Shown in pieces: positions 1-8,347 of a stretch of DNA of 34,444 nucleotides. Origin of the DNA: Planctomycetota bacterium (GTDB taxonomy: Bacteria; Planctomycetota; UBA11346); the NCBI GenBank assembly GCA_038213805.1, contig JBBQSO010000060.1:1-34444 (forward strand). The letters are read 5' to 3'. The notes below the pieces were generated by a model. It was not told the DNA's origin. It did no database searches and saw only the letters and a program-made list of their open reading frames with translations. Within the stretch, counting starts at the first letter, position 1. Each line of letters begins with the position of its first letter. A program made the position numbers and the translations under genes.

Positions 1-1155
1 GACTTCATCAAGGCGGACAACGAGCTCCATCTGCACCTGCGCTATGTGATGGGTTCACCACTGCCGGCCTGCCGAGAATGCGGCAGTGCTGGCGTCCACA
101 TCCATGACATGCGTGACCACACCTGGCGTCACCTGGATTTCTGGCAGCACAAGACCTACCTGCATGCCAATGTCCCTCGGGTCCGCTGCGCCGAGGGGCA
201 CGTGCATGTGTTGGACGTGCCCTGGGCCCGCAAGGGCAGTGGCTATACCCTTCTTCTGGAGGGCATGGTGCTGGAACTGGCGAAGGGAATGCCGGTGGCT
301 CAGGTGGCTGAGATCGTCCGACTGGCGGACAAGAAGTGCTGGCGGATCATCGACTGGTATGTGCGCCGCGCAGTGGAGCGGCAGGACCTGAAGAAGGTCC
401 GCCGCATCGGTCTCGACGAGACCAGTCGCCGCCGGCGGCATCGCTATATCACGATATTCATGGATCTGGATGAGCGACGGGTGATCTTCATCGCCGAAGG
501 CAAGGGTAAGGCGACTATCGCGGCATTTGCCGCCTTCCTGCAGCGCCACGGGGGAGACCCATCGCTGATCACCGACGTCAGTTGCGATATGAGCGAGGCC
601 TTCCTGTCCGGCATCGCCCACCATCTGCCCAATGCCCGCGTCACCCTGGACCGGTTCCACGTCGTCAAGCTCATCGGCGATGCGGTCGATGCGGTACGTC
701 GACGCGAGCGCCAGGAACAACCCTGCCTGGCCGGAGCGAAATACTCCGTCCTCAAGCGACCCGATCGTCTCACCGTCGACGAACAACGACTGCTGGCGGA
801 CCTGGAACGACGAAATCTCGAAACCGCCAGGGCGTACCACCTGAGATTGGTCTTCAATGACTTCTTCCGCCAACGGTCATACAGCGATGGCCGGGGCTTT
901 CTCAAGGCCTGGGTCGCCAAGGCTACGACCAGCGGGATCGAAGAGATGGTCCGAGTCGGACAGACCATCCGCAGCCATTGGAAACTCATCGTCACCTGGA
1001 CCCGGACCAGAATCACCAACGGCCTCCTCGAAGGCTTCAATAGCCTGCTCCAGGCCATGAAGTCCTCGGCGCGCGGCTATCGAAGCGTCGAGTTCATCAC
1101 CACCATCGGCTATCTGATCGGGCTCAAACCGAAGGAAGGTTTCCACCACAGGTAA
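1..1155 (+). CDS. ISL3-family transposase (5'-truncated; frame open from base 1)
   Basis: Zinc-finger region CREC...WRHL...VPRVRC..GH; DDE motifs IGLDETS, VSCDMS, LDRFHVV, TNGLLEGFN..LQAMKSSARGYRS. Confidence 0.95.
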   Translation, partial: DFIKADNELHLHLRYVMGSPLPACRECGSAGVHIHDMRDHTWRHLDFWQHKTYLHANVPRVRCAEGHVHVLDVPWARKGSGYTLLLEGMVLELAKGMPVAQVAEIVRLADKKCWRIIDWYVRRAVERQDLKKVRRIGLDETSRRRRHRYITIFMDLDERRVIFIAEGKGKATIAAFAAFLQRHGGDPSLITDVSCDMSEAFLSGIAHHLPNARVTLDRFHVVKLIGDAVDAVRRRERQEQPCLAGAKYSVLKRPDRLTVDEQRLLADLERRNLETARAYHLRLVFNDFFRQRSYSDGRGFLKAWVAKATTSGIEEMVRVGQTIRSHWKLIVTWTRTRITNGLLEGFNSLLQAMKSSARGYRSVEFITTIGYLIGLKPKEGFHHR

Positions 1156-1164
1156 CGAGGAGCC
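1..1164 (+). mobile_element. ISL3-family insertion sequence, right part (left end outside window)
   Basis: ISL3 transposase ORF ends inside ...TTCCACCACAGGTAACGAGGAGCC (1141-1164). Its reverse complement starts GGCTCC, like ISL3 terminal inverted repeats. AT-rich TTATTCCT (candidate 8-bp target duplication) and an interrupted host gene follow immediately. Confidence 0.85.
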
Positions 1165-1573
1165 TTATTCCTTCATCGAGGGCGTGAAGTCCAGCCACCA
1201 CGAGTCGTCGCACTGGACCGAGAGCGCGGACAAGCTCGCCCAGTACCGCCGCATCAACATCTGGCACAGCGAGCAGGTCGCCTACCTGCTTGGCCGTATG
1301 AAGAGCATCAAGGAGCCCAACGGCGGCACCCTGCTCGACAACAGCATGGTGTTCTGGGGCGCCGCCCTGGCGGACGGCAACTCGCACGGGCGCGAGAACC
1401 TGCCGATCCTGCTCGCGGGCCGCGGCGGCGGTGTGATCAAGCCGGGCCGCAGCATCCAGCTGCCCGACAAGACGCCGCTGGCCAATCTCTACCTGTCGAT
1501 GCTGCAGTGTCTGGGCGTACAGACCACGGCGTTCGCGGATTCGCAGAAGGCGATCGCAGAACTGGTGGGCTGA
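1165..1573 (+). pseudogene. C-terminal remnant of a DUF1552-family gene disrupted by ISL3
   Basis: Frame reads YSFIEGVKSSHHESSH...INIWHSEQVAYLLGRMKSIKE..GTLLDNSMVFWG..LADGNSH..NLPILLAGRGGG..PLANLYLSML from 1166, directly at the IS end. This matches the DUF1552 C-terminal pattern. Confidence 0.85.
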
Positions 1574-1576
1574 CGA

Positions 1577-2530
1577 TCAGAGGTTGTCGGCACCATTCTT
1601 CTTGCCGTCCTCGGGCGGCTGCGCGCCGCCCTGGTCGATGAAGGCAGAGATGCCGTCTACAGCTGTGCCGAAAGTTTCGCGCTCCGCATTCAGCGTATCC
1701 TCGGCCGCATTGGCTTGGTCGTCGAGCGCATCCGCCGCAAGGCCTATCAATTCACCCTGCTGGCGCGCATGCAGGGCTTCACGCTGCATGGCGTGGGCGC
1801 TGACCACCGCCGCAGCGATGCGCGCGCGGAGGGCGGTGCGCTGCGCGCGGCGCGCCTCCGCCTCGAGCTGCTCGTCGATCTTCCCGACCTCGTCGTTGAG
1901 GGTATCGACCGCGTGGATGGCGGCCTCTGCCCGCTGGTCGATGATCTCACCCTGAGTCTGCAGCCGCGTGCTGTCCTGGCGCTTGCGCTGCGCCGCGCGC
2001 TGGGCCTCGTGCAGCGCGAACAGCGCCGCGTCGACCCTGGCCTGCACCGCGACCAGCATGGCACGTGGCCCAGCGATCCCGGGCAGGGTTTTGTGCTCGT
2101 CGAGCTTGGCGGTGATCTCCATGCCACCTGCGGTGACCTCGGCAGAGGTGGCGAGCCGCTCAAGCTCGCTCACGTGGTCGTCGAACGCGATCTGCAGCTC
2201 CGCACGCTCGGCCAGTGGTGCGTCCTTGGCTGCCGCCAGCGCGATCTGCGCCGCAGCCGTCTCCTTGAGCAACGCCTGCCACTGCGCCGCGAGCGGCGTG
2301 GTGGAGATCAGCGGGTGCTCGGTGGCCAGCGTCTGGAAGCGCTTGCCGTAATCCGTGACCGGATCGTAGGGCTTCTCCTCCGGCGCGGGGGCCTCGGCGG
2401 GCGCTTCAGGTTCCGCGCCAGCTGGCGGCGGGACAATGGGCGGTGCCGGGGTCTCCTCGGCCACCAGGGGCAAGCCCTGGACGAACCAGAATGAAAAGCC
2501 GAGTACGATGGAGGTTATGGACTTACGCAT
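1577..2530 (-). CDS. Secreted Ala/Glu-rich coiled-coil hypothetical protein (317 aa)
   Basis: GGAGA RBS before the ATG at 2530; signal peptide MRKSITSIVLGFSFWFVQGLPLVA-EE; Pro-rich linker followed by a long helical heptad-like region. Confidence 0.75.
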   Translation of the reverse strand: MRKSITSIVLGFSFWFVQGLPLVAEETPAPPIVPPPAGAEPEAPAEAPAPEEKPYDPVTDYGKRFQTLATEHPLISTTPLAAQWQALLKETAAAQIALAAAKDAPLAERAELQIAFDDHVSELERLATSAEVTAGGMEITAKLDEHKTLPGIAGPRAMLVAVQARVDAALFALHEAQRAAQRKRQDSTRLQTQGEIIDQRAEAAIHAVDTLNDEVGKIDEQLEAEARRAQRTALRARIAAAVVSAHAMQREALHARQQGELIGLAADALDDQANAAEDTLNAERETFGTAVDGISAFIDQGGAQPPEDGKKNGADNL

Positions 2531-2750
2531 GAGATTCTCCCGGCGGCAGGGAACAGCAGGACGTGGCGGCCGGCATTGGCGTGGGTGGCAGGGAAGCCCC
2601 CTGATCACCTTCCGGCGAGGCCTATCCACGGACGCATATCCCTGGAGGCATCGCCGCGATCGGATCAGCCAGGATGGTCAAAGCAAGGTCTCCGACATGC
2701 GCCTGTAATCCCGCTGCGGACGTGGACAGTAACAGCACAGGAACCGACCC

Positions 2751-3029
2751 ATGCCGATAACACCAGTCCAGCCCGCCGGCCTGCCTGCTACTGGTAAAGC
2801 CATCCAGAGCGCGCAGCGGCGTTTCGACGACGACGCGGCCCAGGTGACTGCCGACACGCTGTCCGGCACCGGCGACGGAGCGGCCCCTACGACCCTGACG
2901 AGCGACCTGGTCGCGATGCAGGCGGACTCCATCGCGAACAGCATCCTCTACGGCGTCTTCAAACGGCAGGATCAGCAACAGCAGGAGTTGGCGGATCTAC
3001 TCAAACCGACATCCTCGCAGACGGGTTGA
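2751..3029 (+). CDS. Small protein (92 aa), weakly resembling fused N/C-terminal helices of flagellar rod/hook proteins
   Basis: AGGA upstream of the ATG. AIQSAQRRFDDDAAQV and LTSDLVAMQADSIANSILYGVFKRQDQ..LADLL resemble the axial-protein terminal pattern. Confidence 0.6.
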   Translation: MPITPVQPAGLPATGKAIQSAQRRFDDDAAQVTADTLSGTGDGAAPTTLTSDLVAMQADSIANSILYGVFKRQDQQQQELADLLKPTSSQTG

Positions 3030-3147
3030 CGAGGAATCCCGCCGCCGTGCAGAGCCGATTACCGGCCCCGCAAAACGCTCGCGCGTGCTGTGGGAGCGAG
3101 CGTTCATATGCATCTGCCGCCGTGCCTGCCTCAGTCTATCATTCGAA

Positions 3148-3163
3148 CTGCAGTGCACTGCAG
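3148..3163. promoter_or_regulatory. Perfect 16-bp palindrome CTGCAGTGCACTGCAG, candidate operator
   Basis: Self-complementary and intergenic; lies upstream of a TGG-TACATT extended -10-like element (3186-3194) and the CheY-like gene. Confidence 0.4.
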
Positions 3164-3225
3164 CATGCCGAAGCGTTGGTTATGGTGGTACATTCCTCGG
3201 CCAGTGCCTGACCAGGGGAAACGCC

Positions 3226-3611
3226 GTGCGCACCCTCGTCGTCGATGACCAAGCGGTGAATCGCCTCGTCCTGCACCATCTGCTGGCCCGCTTTGGACCA
3301 TGTGAAATGATGGCGGAAGGCACAGCGGGCATCGCGGCTTGGCTCAAGGCCCTGGAGGACGGGAAGCCCTTCGACCTGATCTGCCTCGACATCCGCATGC
3401 CGGGAATGAACGGTCATCAGGCCTGGCCGAGATCCGCCGGGTGGCGACCGCGCGCAGGACCTGCAGCGGCCAGCACGTGAAGATCTTCATGGTCACCGCG
3501 CTGGGCGATGACGCGGAAGTCACCGCGGCTTTATGCGAGGGCTGCACGGCGTTCATCCCCAAGTCGATCAACCTCGACCTGCTGCTCAGTCACCTGATCC
3601 ACGTCGGCTGA
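3226..3611 (+). pseudogene. Single-domain CheY-like response regulator with a 1-nt frameshift
   Basis: VRTLVVDD...FDLICLDIRMPGMNGHQA in one frame continues as LAEIRR...KIFMVTAL...AFIPKS in another. The shift is at CAG GCC TGG CCG (about 3421-3424), where GCC CTG is expected. Confidence 0.85.
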
Positions 3612-3760
3612 TCTCGCGCGACGATGCGCAGCTCCACGCCGCGCTGACCTGAGAGGGAGGCGCTGCAGCCGTCGAGGCGAGCGCCAGCTGGGACGCAGCA
3701 CGGTCAAAGCGCCCGCTCGCGGGCTGGCACGCGAGTTCTGTGGGGGCGACAGACGCCATC

Positions 3761-3810
3761 TGTAAATTTTGCGCAAAAGCGTCAAACAAACGTTTGCGCA
3801 ACATTATTTC
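3761..3810. promoter_or_regulatory. AT-rich operator/promoter region with nested palindromes (LacI-family-like)
   Basis: TTTTGCGCAAAA (3767-3778), CAAACGTTTG (3787-3796), and inverted arms TTGCGCAAA 3769-3777 / TTTGCGCAA 3793-3801. Confidence 0.55.
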
Positions 3811-3982
3811 ATGAACGCCCCCAACCCTGACCGGTATGGTATTCCAGGCCCGGAACGCGCAGCACCGTGACGGAGCGACGTCACGCTTTTCGCGGGCTCC
3901 CCATCCGGGCCATGACCAGTTCGAGCGCCCGACTCGTTGCGAGCCGCGTGAGTCCTCATCTGCACTACTAGGAAGTCCCTCC

Positions 3983-5119
3983 GTGCCCATCCTCTCCCCC
4001 TGGCATCCGCCTGTCATCACCGGGTTCGCGCTGTGCCTCATCCTGAGCGTGACGCAGACGCGTGCGCACGCGGTCGAACCCTCCGGACCCGCGAGCATCA
4101 TCGCTGCGCATCCATTCCTGCTCTTCGGCATGGGGCCACGCCGCAAGCTGCTGATGCGCGGTGACGAACTGCTCGACGCGCGCAGCGGTCAGGTGCTGCG
4201 CCGCTGGCCCGGTGCCAAAGCCGTGATCAGCCCAGCCGTGCCGACCGTGGTCTTGACCCTGCCAGGAGATCACGGTGGCACGGTGACCATCAGCGAAGAC
4301 GAGGCAGGCGTGTGGCTGGAGGAAGGAGGCGAACGCTCGGCACTGAGCATGGCGCCGGTCACCCTGCCGACCTTCCTGGATGGCAAACGGGACCCGGCGC
4401 GCGCTGCGTTGCTGCGCGTCCTGCACCACGAGATCCTGCTCAACATCGTCGATGGGCAGCCGCTGCCGAATTTGATGGTCTATCACAAGCCCTGGTATCG
4501 CGACGGTGCGATGATGGCCATGGTGCTGGTAAAGACGGGCAACATCGGCCTGATCGCGGAGTGGATCAAGGGCATCCGCGATCCCTATGACCACAATAAT
4601 TCCGGCAGGCGCGAGCCCGACAATCTCGGGCAGGTCCTGTACCTGGTCTCGCTGGTGTCGGATGCCCATCATCCGGTGGTCGCGACCGTGCTGGCCGAAG
4701 CCGAAACCTGGCGCCAGGGTGATCACATCCTCGGCACCAGCGATTTCGCCGAGCATCCGGTGTACCAGACCAAGTGGCTCAAATACGGGCTGCGCGCGCT
4801 GGGTCTTGCAGACCCGTGGATCATTCCAGCAGTCGCGGACAGCTATTCATGCCTGTTCTGGATGGATTACCGAGCGCAACACGTGGGCAATGTCGGCTTC
4901 TCCGACGTCCAATACCCCTACCTGACATGGGCCGCCGGACACTTCTACGGGAAGCTGCCGGCTGCGCCCACGCTGGGATCTCCCCTCAGCTGGGAAGGGG
5001 CGGCCTCGCAGGCGGATTATGCCGGCATGACGAAGATCTCGGACGTCTACACACAGGCCCGGCTCGCCGCGCCCCACACGTGGCATGCGGCGGAGATGTT
5101 CCTGGCGCTGAGCGAATGA
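3983..5119 (+). CDS. Secreted six-hairpin (alpha/alpha)6 glycosidase-like hypothetical protein
   Basis: Probable GTG start at 3983 after AGGAAG (ORF is open from 3836); signal-like ..FALCLILSVTQTRAHA; motifs PWYRDGAM and REPDNLGQVLY; C-terminal PHTWHAAE. Confidence 0.65.
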   Translation: MPILSPWHPPVITGFALCLILSVTQTRAHAVEPSGPASIIAAHPFLLFGMGPRRKLLMRGDELLDARSGQVLRRWPGAKAVISPAVPTVVLTLPGDHGGTVTISEDEAGVWLEEGGERSALSMAPVTLPTFLDGKRDPARAALLRVLHHEILLNIVDGQPLPNLMVYHKPWYRDGAMMAMVLVKTGNIGLIAEWIKGIRDPYDHNNSGRREPDNLGQVLYLVSLVSDAHHPVVATVLAEAETWRQGDHILGTSDFAEHPVYQTKWLKYGLRALGLADPWIIPAVADSYSCLFWMDYRAQHVGNVGFSDVQYPYLTWAAGHFYGKLPAAPTLGSPLSWEGAASQADYAGMTKISDVYTQARLAAPHTWHAAEMFLALSE

Positions 5120-5295
5120 AAGCGCGATTTCCGGCGGCGCGCGTCCTTGCCACGCGTGGTGGCGGTGCGCGTACCGTTCCGCGCCGTCAGCGAAAGTCTA
5201 TAGGGTCGATCCCTCTCTTCGTTCAATGCGGGCACGCAGCTGCCGCAGTCCGCGCCTTTGCCCTGCGCGACATCATCGCGCAGGGATCGAAAAGA

Positions 5296-6642
5296 TCAGG
5301 GAACGATGCGAATAAAGGTGACGCGTTCTGATATTTCGATGGTTGTCGCCTTGGCGGCTGTCAGGCCCTTTTCCCTGAGCGTGGAATCAAGCCCAGTGAT
5401 GCTGGTCAATGCCTTGGGCGTGCGGGCGAAGGTGATGGTGCATGGCAGATCCGGCGGATCCGACTGCTCCTTCTGCCCATAGGGTCGGGACTGGTCCCAC
5501 AGATTGCTGGGCAGCCAGACGGCCAGGTAGTACACGCCATCGCGCTTCTGGAACAGGGCGCTGCGCGCCTGCGCTTCGCTTACCGTGACGTCGAGTGGCA
5601 TGACAGGGGACGGTGCGCCAGGATCACGCAGTACCGTCAGCAGGTTGGACATGGCGATCCCCGCAGGCTTCAGGGTCACGCCATCGGCATGCACCAGACC
5701 GAAATTGGCCTCGGGATCCTGCTGGTCGTCATGCAGGTCGAACAGTTCGTAGATGAAGGTGCGTTTCACACCGCTGGCGAAGGTGTGGAGCAGCATGCGG
5801 GGAAGATAGATCCCAGCCATCTCCATGGTGACGGCGACATGGCCCGCCTTGGCGTGATGCGTCGTGTAGCCCGTCTCAGTGATCATCATCGGCTTGGACC
5901 CGGTGAACTTCCGCCCGCCAGCCAGTCCGCTGGGCAGATCTGCCCCCATCCAGGCAGAGCCGTTTTCCGGCTCCCAACCGCCGGGGTAGGGGTGGATGTT
6001 GCCGCAGTCGGCGAAGGCGCTCAAGTCGCCCAGCTTGGCGCCATAGGTGTAATCGGTGACCGACAGGCAGAGGATCGGAAACTGCTTCCACGCGGCATCG
6101 GCGCGGATGGTGGTCCACAGATCCTTCTGATACTGGGCGGCGCGCTCAACGGCCCAGCCGTTGAGATTCACCTCATTCGGACCCTCGAATGCCTCGATCG
6201 CCTCCTTGGCCTTTGCCGCCAATGGCAGCACGCGTTCCACGGGCATGCCGGTGATGACCGTGCAGTGGATGCCGGAGCGGCCGAGGTCATTGAGGCGCTC
6301 GAAATACGTGGGCCACTGCGAGTCCACCAGACCGTCACGGACATGCCGGACGCCCAGCTTCTGCAGCGCCGCCTTCAGGTTGGTGGCGTGGTCGTAGACC
6401 GACCCCTGATAGTGGACGTGGATGTTGACCCCGACGCTGTCGCAGAAGGCATCCGCGGCGACAGCAGTGACGGTTGCCGCAGCGGCGGTGCCGGTGAAGG
6501 CCAGGGCGCTGAGCGCGGCCGTCAGCACCAAGCGGGCAGCTGAGGCGCCACCATATCTGCCGCAGATGGCGGGCCGCAGTGCGACCGTGGAGTTGCTGAG
6601 ATGTGCAGGTCGCGGCCGCTTGTCGCTCAATGCCATGTCCAT
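5296..6642 (-). CDS. Secreted clan GH-A (TIM-barrel, GH5/GH39-like) glycoside hydrolase
   Basis: Hydrophobic signal ending in AAAA; DSVGVNIH, LGVRHVRD, acid/base EGPNE, NIHPY, nucleophile ITETGY, FIYELFD, EANFGL. Exact start is uncertain. Confidence 0.8.
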   Translation of the reverse strand: MDMALSDKRPRPAHLSNSTVALRPAICGRYGGASAARLVLTAALSALAFTGTAAAATVTAVAADAFCDSVGVNIHVHYQGSVYDHATNLKAALQKLGVRHVRDGLVDSQWPTYFERLNDLGRSGIHCTVITGMPVERVLPLAAKAKEAIEAFEGPNEVNLNGWAVERAAQYQKDLWTTIRADAAWKQFPILCLSVTDYTYGAKLGDLSAFADCGNIHPYPGGWEPENGSAWMGADLPSGLAGGRKFTGSKPMMITETGYTTHHAKAGHVAVTMEMAGIYLPRMLLHTFASGVKRTFIYELFDLHDDQQDPEANFGLVHADGVTLKPAGIAMSNLLTVLRDPGAPSPVMPLDVTVSEAQARSALFQKRDGVYYLAVWLPSNLWDQSRPYGQKEQSDPPDLPCTITFARTPKALTSITGLDSTLREKGLTAAKATTIEISERVTFIRIVP

Positions 6643-6906
6643 TCGCGCATCCTCCCAACGTCGGCGTCACGGAGGCTCCAGCGCGGCAGGCGCTGGGTGA
6701 TCCTCCGGATGGCGGACGTGCGGGCGAAAAGGATGCAAGGTTGGACTGGTATGGTCAATCGCCCGATGAGCTGCTGGTAGCGATACGTCTCGATAGTCTT
6801 GTCAGCCGGACTCTTTCGCCAAACGCATGCGAGGTGCGTCCTCGTGGCTGGATGTTCGCGGCTATTCCCGCCACGAGATCGGCGGTGATGCTCGGGCCCC
6901 CCTCGA

Positions 6907-8085
6907 TCACACGCGCAGGAAGATGCGCTTGCGATAGAGCAGGTACAGCAACCCCCACAACGCCAGCGCCGTGCACAATGCCAGGGCGAAGCCCTCGCCG
7001 CGGCCCGCGTGTGCGCACAGACCGCCGCAGACGTGGCGCACGATGTCGCTGAAGCCGAACAGCGGCTCGATCATGTAGGCGATGATGGCGTTGGCGCCGA
7101 TGACCACGAAGGGGAAGCACCAGCGCCGCCAGCCGAGCACGTCGATGGCGCCGAAGAACAGCGCCAGCAGCAGCAGGCTCCAGCCGCCGGCCCACAGCAC
7201 CATGGTCGGCGTCCACAGGTGCTTGATGATCGGCAGCCACAGACTGCCCAGCCAGCCGCCCACCAGGCAGGCCAGTCCGCAGCCGACGAGGATCCAGACC
7301 TTGCGCGCGTCCGACTGCGGTGCGCGCAGCAGCTGCCCGGCGAGCACGCCGAGCAGCGTGGTCGCACCGAAGCCAAGGCAGGCAAGGATCCACGCGTAGG
7401 GTGTGCCGTCCTGATGGCTGCCAAGCAGCGCGTGGTCGATCCAGATCGCCACGTTGCCCGCCTGCGTGAGATCCCCGGCCACGCCGCCGGCCCGCGGCAC
7501 CAGCAGCAGGATCGTGGCGTGAAGCAGCAGCAAGGCCGCGCATACCGCCGCCTGAGCGGATGGCCGGCGCAGTTCCACCAGACAGACGGTCGCGATCAGA
7601 TATCCCGCGGCGATCGCCTGCAGGGTATTGGAAAAGAATGCCAGCCCATCCCAGCGCGCCGCGAGCAGATGCCCCTGCGCGATCATGCCAAGGATCCACA
7701 ACAGCGCCGCGCGGCGCAGGGCCTTGCGGTAGATCGCCCCCCTGCCTTCGCCCGCATCGAGGCGGCGGCCCAGCGAGAACGGCATCGCCACACCCACCGT
7801 GAAAAGGAACAGCGGCATGATCAGGTCCCAGGCCGTGAAGCCGCCCCAATGGTGCCCGGTCTGCCACGCGACGCCCTCCGGGACCTCGCCCAGAACCATC
7901 TCCAGGCCGCCGGTGATCAGGCGGTGGCCGACATCGCCACCCATGATCCAGAACATCACGAAGCCACGCAGGGCGTCGACGGCCAGGACACGCGCGGGCG
8001 GCGCAAGCGGCGCGGGCGGCGCGATGGATCCAGGCACGGTGTCCAGGCTTGCGGCGGGAATGGCGGCGGGAGTGGCGGTGGTCAT
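6907..8085 (-). CDS. HGSNAT-like / DUF5009 (NagX-type) membrane acyltransferase
   Basis: RVLAVDALRGF, H-HWGGFTAWDLIMPLFLF.VGVAM, NTLQAIA, PIIKHLWTPT, VIGANAI; multiple TM helices. Confidence 0.9.
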   Translation of the reverse strand: MTTATPAAIPAASLDTVPGSIAPPAPLAPPARVLAVDALRGFVMFWIMGGDVGHRLITGGLEMVLGEVPEGVAWQTGHHWGGFTAWDLIMPLFLFTVGVAMPFSLGRRLDAGEGRGAIYRKALRRAALLWILGMIAQGHLLAARWDGLAFFSNTLQAIAAGYLIATVCLVELRRPSAQAAVCAALLLLHATILLLVPRAGGVAGDLTQAGNVAIWIDHALLGSHQDGTPYAWILACLGFGATTLLGVLAGQLLRAPQSDARKVWILVGCGLACLVGGWLGSLWLPIIKHLWTPTMVLWAGGWSLLLLALFFGAIDVLGWRRWCFPFVVIGANAIIAYMIEPLFGFSDIVRHVCGGLCAHAGRGEGFALALCTALALWGLLYLLYRKRIFLRV

Positions 8086-8347
8086 GGCTCGATGCGCCCG
8101 CGCGGGCGTGGTGGGCAGGCCGTGAGCATGCGCGGGCCGCTCGTGCCGCACCACCCGCGGCGGGAGCCATCCGGCCGATTGTCGTCAGCAAACGAGACGG
8201 AAGCGCTGAAGGGGGCGGGCGGGTGCCGACCGTCGCGCGCTGCACCCCTGGGACGCAGCGCCGATCGCGCGCGGCCACCCTCGACAGCAACGATGGGGGT
8301 CATGGTGAAGGCTGCGCGCCGGCTGGCACGAGCATCCTTCCAAGGGT

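Noticed and set aside
2753..2760. GCCGATAA sigma28 -10 match
   Set aside because: It overlaps the start codon of the small ORF and has no properly spaced TAAA -35.
3688..8259. Shared 12-mer CTGGGACGCAGC (3688 and 8248), reminiscent of a c-di-GMP-I riboswitch segment
   Set aside because: The P1/P2 architecture and GNRA loop are absent; a 12-mer match is plausible by chance in GC-rich DNA.
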